Positions 48,855-57,769 of a stretch of 64,000 nucleotides of DNA are shown here, piece after piece (position 1 is the stretch's first letter; each line of letters begins with the position of its first letter). The notes under the pieces were generated by a model that worked only from the letters and a program-made list of their open reading frames with translations, did no database searches and was not told where the DNA came from. The stretch covers positions 640,001-704,000 of the forward strand of contig OZ250183.1 in NCBI GenBank assembly GCA_965238225.1, read 5' to 3'. Made by a program: the position numbers and the translations under genes. The DNA is from Gammaproteobacteria bacterium (lineage in GTDB: Bacteria > Pseudomonadota > Gammaproteobacteria > Eutrophobiales > Eutrophobiaceae).

Positions 48855-49348
48855 CCGATATCGCAATACAACAAGCTGAGCAACTCGCCAAATTATTTTT
48901 AAAAACATCAAGCAAGATAGTCACAGCTGAATCGTGTACTGGCGGCGGTTTGGCGGAAATACTCACAAGCATACCCGGTAGTTCTGCTTGGTTTGAGCGT
49001 GGTTTTGTGGTTTATTCGAATGAATCAAAACATGAGTTATTGTCAGTCTCGCTGAAGACCATCGAGCAATTTGGCGCGGTCAGTGAAGAAACAGCAAGTG
49101 CCATGGCAAAAGGCGCTGTAGAGAATAGCCGCGCAGATTACGGCGTTGCCATTACTGGTATCGCTGGCCCTGTTGGCGGAACAGAGTTTAAACCTGTTGG
49201 TACAGTTTGTTTTGCTTGGTACAGTAAAAATAACGGTGTTAGCACAACGCAAATATGTTTTGATGGCGACCGACTTAGGGTGAGGCAACAAGCGTGCATG
49301 TTGGCAATGCAAGGATTGCTTGATGTATTACAAAAAGCTTCTGAATAA
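48851..49348 (+). CDS. pncC: NMN amidohydrolase (CinA C-terminal family)
   Basis: TAESCTGG, GAVS, ITGIAGP, KPVGTV. Confidence 0.95.
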   Translation: MTDIAIQQAEQLAKLFLKTSSKIVTAESCTGGGLAEILTSIPGSSAWFERGFVVYSNESKHELLSVSLKTIEQFGAVSEETASAMAKGAVENSRADYGVAITGIAGPVGGTEFKPVGTVCFAWYSKNNGVSTTQICFDGDRLRVRQQACMLAMQGLLDVLQKASE

Positions 49349-49464
49349 AAAGTTTTAGGGTAGATATATCGAAATATGCCATGCCATTACCATTAAATAA
49401 CCAAAAAAATTATGACCAAAAAGGCGAGCGTCTTACCTATATTCTATTTCCTTATATGTCAGAC

Positions 49465-50340
49465 TTAGCTAAATGCCCATGCCGCGAAAGGTTCGATTTC
49501 ATCCTGGTTTACAACGATTAATTGATGTTTTATTGGGTTCAATGAGTGATCCGAAGTCGTATCTACGGATAATTGTTGTAACAGATAACCGATCAAAGCA
49601 CGCCGGATTTTTATTTCAATCAAATCATACTTACACTCGTAATCAATGAGCAAACTGGCCTTCTTTTTATCATCCAGATTCGGATGTGGTGCCAATTGTA
49701 CAGTGATTATCTCTGTCCAATCATCATCATACTGGGCGCTGGATTCAGCAGCCTGGTCAAGACATATTGCAGATTCAAAGCGGGACAAGACGAAATCTCT
49801 AAAATCAAATGTATCTTCGTTATAAGCGCGAACATGCCAACGAAAACCAGTGTTGATTAAAGCGTGCGCTTCGATAATACGAGATTTTTTATTACCGCTA
49901 TCAGAAAGTGAATGGTAACTAACCTTTAGTTTCTTATGGCCATGTATGGCGCGCGTAATTTGCGCAAGTACGGGCTTATCAGGGAATCGGCTCGGCAATG
50001 TTAGACCTTCGACGGGGATTCCAAAAATAGCACTTTCTTGATTGGCTTCGCCGGTTGCGACCAAATTGGCGTAAATGATAGGCAAAACAACCTCAGGGGA
50101 GAGATCGGCAAAGACTTCCTTAAACTCAAGTGTCGGGACAAATCCGAAGACATTATGTTTGTATATCAAGTTTTCTGGGGCTATATCATTGTAAAGCTTC
50201 AGGTCTTTGGTGGCGGCAGCATCTGAAACTCCAAACGCCTTGGCAACATCACTGCGAGTGATAAGCCCCGTGTAATAGGCTATTAGCTCTATATATTGCA
50301 ATCTTTGGCGTGTTGCCCATTTGATCTCATTTAACATCAT
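49465..50340 (-). CDS. WYL-domain transcriptional regulator (CapW/BrxR-like wHTH-WYL-WCX)
   Basis: RLQYIE..ITRSDVAKAFGVS..ATKDL wHTH; RWHVRAY..FRDFVLSR WYL core; start ATG 50340 or TTG 50361. Confidence 0.9.
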   Translation of the reverse strand: MMLNEIKWATRQRLQYIELIAYYTGLITRSDVAKAFGVSDAAATKDLKLYNDIAPENLIYKHNVFGFVPTLEFKEVFADLSPEVVLPIIYANLVATGEANQESAIFGIPVEGLTLPSRFPDKPVLAQITRAIHGHKKLKVSYHSLSDSGNKKSRIIEAHALINTGFRWHVRAYNEDTFDFRDFVLSRFESAICLDQAAESSAQYDDDWTEIITVQLAPHPNLDDKKKASLLIDYECKYDLIEIKIRRALIGYLLQQLSVDTTSDHSLNPIKHQLIVVNQDEIEPFAAWAFS

Positions 50341-50418
50341 TTTTTCTGTTTTTACGCCCAATTGATAGAAATATTAAGAAATTATACTAAAATCTGGCTA
50401 TAGCTATATATAATATAC

Positions 50419-50454
50419 TATATAGTAAAAAATATTTATATAGTAAAAAATATT
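50419..50454. repeat. Perfect 18-bp tandem repeat overlapping the recA -35 box
   Basis: TATATAGTAAAAAATATT at 50419-50436 and 50437-50454. Confidence 0.9.
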
Positions 50455-50481
50455 GACATATTAAGAAGTATAGCTTATATT
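50453..50481 (+). promoter_or_regulatory. Sigma70 promoter of recA
   Basis: TTGACA (50453-50458), 17-bp spacer, TATATT (50476-50481). Confidence 0.75.
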
Positions 50482-50568
50482 CTTTATCAAGCGGGCTTTC
50501 CAAGACATTAATTGGCATAGCTCGGTTGAAGCAAACCCAAGATTAAGCGTTTAAATAGGAGAATAAAA

Positions 50569-51639
50569 ATGACTACAGCAACAGCTAGAGACAGCAAACA
50601 TAAGGCATTAGAGGTAGCGCTCAGCCAGATTGAAAAACAATTTGGCAAAGGCTCTGTGATGAAAATGGGCGATCAATTGGTCGCAAATATTCCCACTGTC
50701 AGCACCGGATCATTAGGTCTTGATGTAGCATTAGGCGTGGGGGGGTTGCCTTATGGGCGTGTTGTTGAGATTTACGGCCCGGAATCATCCGGCAAAACAA
50801 CATTAACCTTGTCAGTCATTGCTGAGGCACAAAAACAAGGCAAGATCTGTGCTTTTATTGATGCAGAGCATGCGCTGGATCCAGTTTATGCAGAAAAATT
50901 GGGTGTCAATATTGATGATTTACTGGTTTCACAGCCCGACACAGGCGAACAGGCTTTGGAAATTTGTGACATGTTGGTTCGTAGCGGTGCGGTTGAACTT
51001 GTGGTGATCGATTCAGTCGCAGCCTTGGTGCCAAAGGCAGAAATAGAAGGGGACATGGGTGATTCACACATGGGGCTTGCTGCGCGTTTAATGTCACAGG
51101 CATTAAGGAAATTAACTGGCAACATCAAACGTGCAAATTGCTGTGTCATTTTTATTAATCAGATAAGAATGAAGATTGGCGTTGTGTTTGGAAACCCTGA
51201 AACAACAACGGGCGGTAATGCGCTGAAATTTTATTCCTCGGTTCGTTTAGATATTCGCCGAATTGGCGCAATAAAAAAAGGTGATGAGGTTGTCGGTAAC
51301 GAAACACGAGTCAAGGTGGTTAAAAATAAAGTAGCGCCGCCATTCAAGCAAGCGGAATTTAATATCTTGTATGGCGAAGGAATATCCCGCCATGGTGAAA
51401 TAATAGACTTAGGCGTGCAGCTTGACCTGATTGAAAAATCAGGATCATGGTACAGCTACAATAAAGACAGAATTGGACAAGGCAAAGATAACGTTCGTAG
51501 TTTTCTAAAAGAAAACCCTGATATTGCAGATAAAATTGAGGCACAAATAAAAGCAAAGCTTATGCCTGCCATTGCAGATAAATCTTTACCTGATGATGCC
51601 AAAGCAGCCGAAGCAGCCAAGGCAAATCTTAGCGCCTGA
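50569..51639 (+). CDS. recA: Recombinase RecA
   Basis: [25 protein letters not shown]. Confidence 0.99.
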   Translation: MTTATARDSKHKALEVALSQIEKQFGKGSVMKMGDQLVANIPTVSTGSLGLDVALGVGGLPYGRVVEIYGPESSGKTTLTLSVIAEAQKQGKICAFIDAEHALDPVYAEKLGVNIDDLLVSQPDTGEQALEICDMLVRSGAVELVVIDSVAALVPKAEIEGDMGDSHMGLAARLMSQALRKLTGNIKRANCCVIFINQIRMKIGVVFGNPETTTGGNALKFYSSVRLDIRRIGAIKKGDEVVGNETRVKVVKNKVAPPFKQAEFNILYGEGISRHGEIIDLGVQLDLIEKSGSWYSYNKDRIGQGKDNVRSFLKENPDIADKIEAQIKAKLMPAIADKSLPDDAKAAEAAKANLSA

Positions 51640-51643
51640 TTGA

Positions 51644-52099
51644 ATGGATGCTCAAGAAGTTTTACAGCGCGAAGTTTTACAGAAAGCCTGTGATTTTTTG
51701 GCCAGACGTGAGCATTCTCGTAAGGAGCTTTGTTATAAACTTCTGCGAACATGTAAGGATGAATCCTTGGTCGAAGAGTTGCTGAATAAACTTGCAGAGG
51801 AAGGTTTGCAAAGTGATGAGCGTTTTGCTGAAAACTTTGTGTATCACCGTGTTAATAATGGCAAGGGGCCATTGAAGATTCAGCAGGAATTAGATGAACG
51901 TGGTGTGCATCAAGATATTATTTCAGCTTATCTGGATTCTAAAAATATTGATTGGCTGGAAGTAGCAGAGGCAGTAAGAACAAAGAAATATGGAAAAGCA
52001 GTTCCTTCTCGGTATTCAGATAAGGCAATACAATCCCGATTCCTATATAGTCGTGGTTTTAACAGTGAAGTTATAAAAGTCTTACTGAAGACGGACTAA
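51644..52099 (+). CDS. recX: Regulatory protein RecX
   Basis: LARREHS, QSDERFAE, RFLYSRGF; follows recA. Confidence 0.96.
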   Translation: MDAQEVLQREVLQKACDFLARREHSRKELCYKLLRTCKDESLVEELLNKLAEEGLQSDERFAENFVYHRVNNGKGPLKIQQELDERGVHQDIISAYLDSKNIDWLEVAEAVRTKKYGKAVPSRYSDKAIQSRFLYSRGFNSEVIKVLLKTD

Positions 52100-52181
52100 A
52101 CTCAAAAGACTTAAAACCATCAAATTAAAATTGGTCAAAAAATATCCATTACTAAAGATGTATTCATGATAAAAATAAACT

Positions 52182-54833
52182 ATGAAAAGTAGTTCCGATA
52201 TTCGCACTGCTTTCCTTGATTTTTTTCGTGATAAAGGTCATGAGATTGTTGCCAGTAGTTCTCTGGTTCCTAGAAATGATCCTACCTTGCTTTTTACAAA
52301 TTCCGGCATGGTTCAGTTCAAGGATGTTTTTCTCGGCATTGATAAACACCCATACAACAAAGCTGCGACTTCACAACGCTGTATTCGCGCTGGCGGTAAA
52401 CATAACGATCTTGAGAATGTAGGCTATACCGCACGTCACCACACCTTTTTTGAAATGTTAGGAAATTTCAGTTTTGGTGATTATTTCAAGCGTGATGCCA
52501 TTTTCTATGCTTGGGAGTTTTTAACAAAAAAGTTAGGCATTCCAGAAACACGTTTGTGGGTCACAGTGTTTGAAGGTGATGAAGAAACTACAGATATCTG
52601 GCTAAATGAAATAGGCATTGCAAAAGATCGTTTTAGTCTATGTGGTGAGAAAGATAATTTCTGGCAGATGGGAGATACAGGTCCCTGCGGTCCGTGTACT
52701 GAAATATTTTATGACCATGGTGAAGATATCCCGGGCAAACCGCCTGGCAGTCTAGCTACAGAAAGTGATCGTTATATCGAAATTTGGAACTTGGTATTTA
52801 CCCAGTATGATCGTGATGCAACAGGAAATCTTAAACCGATACCATTTCCCTCTGTGGATACAGGCATGGGACTCGAACGCATTACCGCAGTGATGCAGAA
52901 TGTGCATAATAATTATGAAATTGATTTATTTAAATCATTAATCGCATCAATAGAATCGCTTATTCCGCGTGATGTCAGTGAAGAAAAACGTAATCAAACA
53001 GTTTCCTTGCAGGTGATTGCTGATCATATTCGTGCCTCGGCATTTTTAATTGCAGATGGTGTCGTTCCTCATAATGAAGATCGTGGCTATGTATTACGCA
53101 GGATTATTCGACGTGCTGCAAGGCATGGGAACAAACTTGGGTTTACTGACCCATTCCTTTATAAACTGGTGCTGCCTTTGAGTGAATTAATGGGACAAGC
53201 CTACCCGGAACTGAATAAAGATTATGAGCAAATTGCTCAGGTAATTTTTCGAGAAGAACAACGCTTTGCGGATACTTTGGAACAAGGGTTAAAACATCTT
53301 CAGGATGCTTTCAAAGAGATGCAAGGTTCGGTCGTATCAGGTGATGTCGTATTCATGCTTCATGATACCTACGGATTTCCAGTTGATTTAACCGCTGACA
53401 TTGCCCGTGAAAGAGGTTTGTCTTTGGATTGTGTAGGATACAAAAGAGCCATGCAGAAGCAGCGTGAAAGAGCGCGTACAATCAACTTGTTTACTACTGA
53501 TCATGTATCTATGTCTGATAGTCTAAATATAAAATTTTTTAAAGGTGTTACTGAAACTAAATTTAATGGCTATGAATTAATGAGTCAGGAGGCAACTATT
53601 GAAGCCCTGTATCAGGATGGCAAAGCAGTCGATACTTTACAGGCTGGAGATTCAGCTGGAGTTATACTCAATGCAACTCCATTTTATGCGAGGTCTGGAG
53701 GTCAAGTTGGTGATACCGGATCTTTATTCTCAAAAGGCATGCTATTTGAAGTTAACGATACACAAAAACAAGGATTGGCATATGTGCATTTGGGGGTTCT
53801 GCAAGAAGGTACAATGAAAGTGGGGCAGTCAATCAATTGTCAAATTGATGAAAAACGACGATTACATATTACACGCAATCACTCCGCCACGCATTTACTG
53901 CATGCTGCTTTGAGAAAAGTGCTTGGTGAACACGTGAAACAGAAGGGCTCTTTGGTTAATGCTGATAGGTTACGGTTTGATTTTTCACACAGCGAACCAG
54001 TGACTGCAGATGAGTTATCGCAAATTGAGTTTATGGTCAATCATCAAATTTTTGCAAATGAGCAAACGCAAATAGAGGTGATGACACTTGAAGATGCCAA
54101 GGAGTCTGGCGCCATGTTTTTGTTTGGTGAAAAATATGACGAGACAGTGCGCGTATTAAAAATCGGCGGCGAATTTTCAGTTGAATTATGTGGCGGTACA
54201 CATGTAAATAGTGCTGGAGATATTGGCATCATGAAGATTGTATCCGAGTCTGCCGTTGCTGCTTGTGTGCGTCGGCTAGAAGCAGTGACGGGTCTTAGTG
54301 CTTTAAATTGGATTAAAGATAGTGAACAGAAACTAAATGAGCTAACGAGATTGCTTAAGGCAAACCGTACTTCGGTGGTTTCACGCACGGAACAACAGAT
54401 TGCACAGATGCGTGATATGGACAGAACACTGCAAACACTAAAGATAAAACAAGCCAAAAATACTGGTGACGATATAGCAGCAGAAGCAGAAGATATTGAG
54501 GGCATTAAAGTAGGTGCAGGGGTGATTGAAGACGCTGATGCGAATGCACTTAGAGAAACAGTAGATCAATTGAAAAATAAATTGGGAACAGCAGTATTAG
54601 TGCTGGCCTCAGTAGAGGACGATAAAATTACCCTCATTGCAGGCGTTACTAAAGATGTTACCAATAAGATAAAGGCAGGAGATTTGGTTAATTTTGTTGC
54701 GCAGCAAGTAGGTGGAAAAGGCGGGGGGCGAGCAGATATGGCACAGGCAGGAGGAAATAACCCGACCAAGTTAAATCAAGCGCTCGAAAACATCACAGAT
54801 TGGGTGCGAGAAAAGCTTAAAACCCAAGCCTGA
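52182..54833 (+). CDS. alaS: Alanine--tRNA ligase
   Basis: HHTFFEMLGNFSFGDYFK, HSATHLLH, ELCGGTH, GGKGGG. Confidence 0.99.
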   Translation: MKSSSDIRTAFLDFFRDKGHEIVASSSLVPRNDPTLLFTNSGMVQFKDVFLGIDKHPYNKAATSQRCIRAGGKHNDLENVGYTARHHTFFEMLGNFSFGDYFKRDAIFYAWEFLTKKLGIPETRLWVTVFEGDEETTDIWLNEIGIAKDRFSLCGEKDNFWQMGDTGPCGPCTEIFYDHGEDIPGKPPGSLATESDRYIEIWNLVFTQYDRDATGNLKPIPFPSVDTGMGLERITAVMQNVHNNYEIDLFKSLIASIESLIPRDVSEEKRNQTVSLQVIADHIRASAFLIADGVVPHNEDRGYVLRRIIRRAARHGNKLGFTDPFLYKLVLPLSELMGQAYPELNKDYEQIAQVIFREEQRFADTLEQGLKHLQDAFKEMQGSVVSGDVVFMLHDTYGFPVDLTADIARERGLSLDCVGYKRAMQKQRERARTINLFTTDHVSMSDSLNIKFFKGVTETKFNGYELMSQEATIEALYQDGKAVDTLQAGDSAGVILNATPFYARSGGQVGDTGSLFSKGMLFEVNDTQKQGLAYVHLGVLQEGTMKVGQSINCQIDEKRRLHITRNHSATHLLHAALRKVLGEHVKQKGSLVNADRLRFDFSHSEPVTADELSQIEFMVNHQIFANEQTQIEVMTLEDAKESGAMFLFGEKYDETVRVLKIGGEFSVELCGGTHVNSAGDIGIMKIVSESAVAACVRRLEAVTGLSALNWIKDSEQKLNELTRLLKANRTSVVSRTEQQIAQMRDMDRTLQTLKIKQAKNTGDDIAAEAEDIEGIKVGAGVIEDADANALRETVDQLKNKLGTAVLVLASVEDDKITLIAGVTKDVTNKIKAGDLVNFVAQQVGGKGGGRADMAQAGGNNPTKLNQALENITDWVREKLKTQA

Positions 54834-55053
54834 TTCAAATTTGAACCTGATTCAAATAATTAACAATTCACAAATAAACATCAATTCATATACAATAGCC
54901 TAAGCAATATTAAGATTAAACCTTAGGGATAGTTTAAGGGACGGGATTCTCAGCCATGCTGTTTGCCTTAGAATTCTTCAGTTAAAACTTCAATCCTTCT
55001 AAGAACCACACTATATACCTCTTTGATAGAGTATACTTATTGGCAAGGAAAAT

Positions 55054-56286
55054 ATGGCGCTATTAGTACAGAAATTTGGCGGAACCTCTGTTGGTAGCAT
55101 TGGGCGCATACAGGCTGTTGCCGAGAAGATTGCTAGAGTCCGCGCTGAGGGGCATGATGTTGTGGTGGTGGCTTCGGCCATGAGTGGAGAGACAAATCGT
55201 CTGTTAGAATTGGCACAAGAGATTTCAAAACAGCCAAATTCCAGAGAGATGGATGTGCTGTTATCTACTGGTGAGCAGGTGACTATTGCCCTTTTAACTA
55301 TGGCGCTTGAAGAACAAAACTGTAAAGCGTGTTCATTCACTGGTGCCCAAGTTCGTATTTATACGGACAGCGTTCATTGCAAGGCAAGAATTATTAATAT
55401 TGATTCTGCCAGAGTAAAGAAAGGACTCAAGGCGGGAAAAGTTATTGTGATTGCTGGTTTTCAAGGCACAGATGAGCGCGGGAACATCACCACGCTTGGC
55501 AGAGGAGGTTCGGATACTACTGCGGTGGCGATGGCTGTAGCCTTAAAGGCAGATGAATGTCATATTTTTACAGATGTGGATGGTGTTTATACTGCCGATC
55601 CACGTATTGAGCCTAAGGCACGACGTTTGGATGTCATCACTTATGAGGAGATGATGGAAATGGCAAGCTTGGGTTCGAAAATACTACAAATACGCTCAGT
55701 GGAGTTTGCCGGAAAATATAATGTGCAGCTTCGGATTTTATCCTCATTTGAGGATGGGGATGGAACGCTGATTGCAAAAGAGAGGAAAGATATGGAACAA
55801 GCATTCATTTCAGGAATTGCGCATAACAAAGATGAAGCGAAATTAACAATGGTCGGTGTGCCAGATCAACCCGGGGTTGCATACCAGATTTTAGAGCCAA
55901 TCGCAGATGCCAATATTGAGGTCGATATGATTGTGCAAAATGTCGGCATCAATAATACAACCGATTTTACTTTTACTGTCAACAGGAGTGATTTTGATCA
56001 AGCGCTGTCTATTTTGAACAATACGGCTGGTGAATTGAATGCCTCTGATGTGAAAAGCGATGATCGTATCGCAAAGATTTCTGTTGTAGGTGTTGGTATG
56101 CGTTCTCATGCAGGCATCGCCAGTAAGATGTTTAATGCCTTATCTAAGGAAGGTATTAATATAAAAATGATTTCTACATCAGAGATAAAAATATCTGTCG
56201 TTGTTGATGAGAAATACATGGAGTTGGGTGTAAGGACCCTGCATTCAGAATTTAATTTGGGAGATAGTGCGGCCTCGGTAGGCTAG
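55054..56286 (+). CDS. lysC: Aspartate kinase
   Basis: QKFGGTSV, LGRGGSDTTA, TDVDGVY; ACT domains. Confidence 0.97.
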   Translation: MALLVQKFGGTSVGSIGRIQAVAEKIARVRAEGHDVVVVASAMSGETNRLLELAQEISKQPNSREMDVLLSTGEQVTIALLTMALEEQNCKACSFTGAQVRIYTDSVHCKARIINIDSARVKKGLKAGKVIVIAGFQGTDERGNITTLGRGGSDTTAVAMAVALKADECHIFTDVDGVYTADPRIEPKARRLDVITYEEMMEMASLGSKILQIRSVEFAGKYNVQLRILSSFEDGDGTLIAKERKDMEQAFISGIAHNKDEAKLTMVGVPDQPGVAYQILEPIADANIEVDMIVQNVGINNTTDFTFTVNRSDFDQALSILNNTAGELNASDVKSDDRIAKISVVGVGMRSHAGIASKMFNALSKEGINIKMISTSEIKISVVVDEKYMELGVRTLHSEFNLGDSAASVG

Positions 56287-56366
56287 GGTATTGTTGGTTC
56301 AAGGCTAGGCTTGAAAATAGACTTAAAGTTAAATTGGTTCAATAAGGAAGTTACAGGGAGAAGCAG

Positions 56367-56564
56367 ATGTTAATATTGACGCGTAAAGTAGGTGAGTCAC
56401 TGATGATAGGTGATGAGGTTATTGTCACCGTTTTGGGAATCAAAGGCAATCAGGCTCGTATCGGTGTGAATGCACCTAAAGAAATTGCTGTTCATCGTGA
56501 AGAAATTTACGATCGAATTCAGCATGAGGGCAATAATAGTCAAGCGGATAACGAAGACTATTAG
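56367..56564 (+). CDS. csrA: Carbon storage regulator CsrA
   Basis: [23 protein letters not shown]. Confidence 0.99.
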   Translation: MLILTRKVGESLMIGDEVIVTVLGIKGNQARIGVNAPKEIAVHREEIYDRIQHEGNNSQADNEDY

Positions 56565-56604
56565 TATTCGATAGCAAATCAGATATGTATCAATATACTT
56601 ACAC

Positions 56605-56695
56605 GGAGAGGTGGCCGAGCGGCTGAAGGCGCTCCCCTGCTAAGGGAGTATGGGTCAAAAGCCCATCGAGGGTTCGAATCCCTCTCTCTCCGCCA
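56605..56695 (+). tRNA. tRNA-Ser(GCT)
   Basis: GGAGAGG...CTCTCCGCCA; CTGCTAA anticodon loop; long variable arm; GTTCGAATC. Confidence 0.97.
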
Positions 56696-56732
56696 TTTGA
56701 TTAGCACAAAAACGCACCTGCCACGCAAACAT

Positions 56733-56809
56733 GCGCCCGTAGCTCAGCTGGATAGAGTGCCTGGCTACGAACCAGGAGGTCGGGAGTTCGAATCTCTCCG
56801 GGCGCGCCA
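56733..56809 (+). tRNA. tRNA-Arg(ACG)
   Basis: GCGCCCG...CGGGCGCGCCA; CTACGAA anticodon loop; GTTCGAATC. Confidence 0.98.
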
Positions 56810-56827
56810 ACTCCCATCTTGTACTCC

Positions 56828-57562
56828 TTAATATGTAAATAGCGCCTTACTATCCTTGTAGTTTGTTTCAAACCGCTTCTGTCCATTTTCATCCCACCGA
56901 GTAGACAGTCCATCTTTCTTCCCATCCTTGTAGTTTCCTTCAATCTGCTTCTGTCCATTTTCATGCCACCCAGTAAACAGTCCATCTTCCTTGCCATCCT
57001 TATAGTTTCCTTCAGCCTGCTTCTGTCCATTTTCATCCCAAGTAGTAAGCAGTCCATCTTGCTTGCCATCCTTATAGTTTATTTCAGTCTGCTTCTGTCC
57101 ATTTTCATACCAAGCAGTAAGCAGTCCATCTTGCTTGCCATCCTTATAGTTTCCTTCAACCTGCTTCTGTCCATTTTCATACCAACCAGTAAGCAGTCCA
57201 TCTTGCTTGCCATCCTTATAGTTTCCTTCAGCCTGCTTCTGTCCATTTTCATACCACTCAGTAGTTAGTCCATCTTCCTTGCCATCCTTAAGGTTTATTT
57301 CAGTCTGCTTCTGTCCATTTTCATCCCACCGAGTAAGCAGTCCATCTTTCTTGCCATCCTTATAGTTTATTTCAGCCTGCTTCTGTCCACTAGAATATTT
57401 TCTAGTTACTTTTCCGGTGTAGGGCTGTTCACTATTTACTTCATAATAAACACCATTACGATTCTGTAACTGCTGTGTATCAATTGTCTTCCCATGAGCT
57501 ACTGTATTTTTACAAGCTATGAGAATGATGAACGATATGAATAATATTTTTGTTTTGTTCAT
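56828..57562 (-). CDS. MORN-variant (YwqK-like) repeat lipoprotein, 7 x 24-aa repeats
   Basis: Lipobox LIAC; repeats xNYKDGKxDGLxTxWxENGQKxxE. Confidence 0.88.
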   Translation of the reverse strand: MNKTKILFISFIILIACKNTVAHGKTIDTQQLQNRNGVYYEVNSEQPYTGKVTRKYSSGQKQAEINYKDGKKDGLLTRWDENGQKQTEINLKDGKEDGLTTEWYENGQKQAEGNYKDGKQDGLLTGWYENGQKQVEGNYKDGKQDGLLTAWYENGQKQTEINYKDGKQDGLLTTWDENGQKQAEGNYKDGKEDGLFTGWHENGQKQIEGNYKDGKKDGLSTRWDENGQKRFETNYKDSKALFTY

Positions 57563-57664
57563 CGAAATGATTCCTAAATTATTGTGTAAAAGCGTAGCTT
57601 ATTTGTAACCATTCTATTCTTTTGCTTCATTAATTGATACTAATATTAGCTATTGCGAGCGTTG

Positions 57665-57677
57665 CAAGTTATTGATT
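57665..57677 (-). promoter_or_regulatory. IHF-consensus site near att
   Basis: Minus strand AATCAATAACTTG matches WATCAANNNNTTR; one-mismatch copy at 59522-59534. Confidence 0.5.
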
Positions 57678-57706
57678 TACTTTGATATTATATATTTAAT
57701 ACTAGC

Positions 57707-57759
57707 CTACGAACCAGGAGGTCGGGAGTTCGAATCTCTCCGGGCGCGCCAATTCCCAT
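57707..57759 (+). repeat. att-like copy of tRNA-Arg 3' half (anticodon loop to CCA plus 8 nt)
   Basis: 57707-57751 identical to 56765-56809, followed by ATTCCCAT (ACTCCCAT in the other copies). Confidence 0.95.
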
Positions 57760-57769
57760 CTTGTACTCC

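Larger units (their letters stand above)
56810..57759. mobile_element. tRNA-Arg-integrated cassette 1 (no integrase)
   Basis: Bounded by tRNA-Arg and a copy of its 3' 45 nt; single cargo gene. Confidence 0.8.

Noticed and set aside
54829-54857. CCTGATTCAAAT direct repeat at the alaS stop
   Set aside because: Only 5 bp apart with no cargo; most likely a local duplication.
54860-55053. Lysine riboswitch upstream of lysC
   Set aside because: No recognisable AGAGGNGC start or conserved stems.
56701-57268. Repetitive ORFs 56701-57069 (-) and 56963-57268 (+)
   Set aside because: Shadow frames of the MORN repeat; the first overlaps the tRNA.
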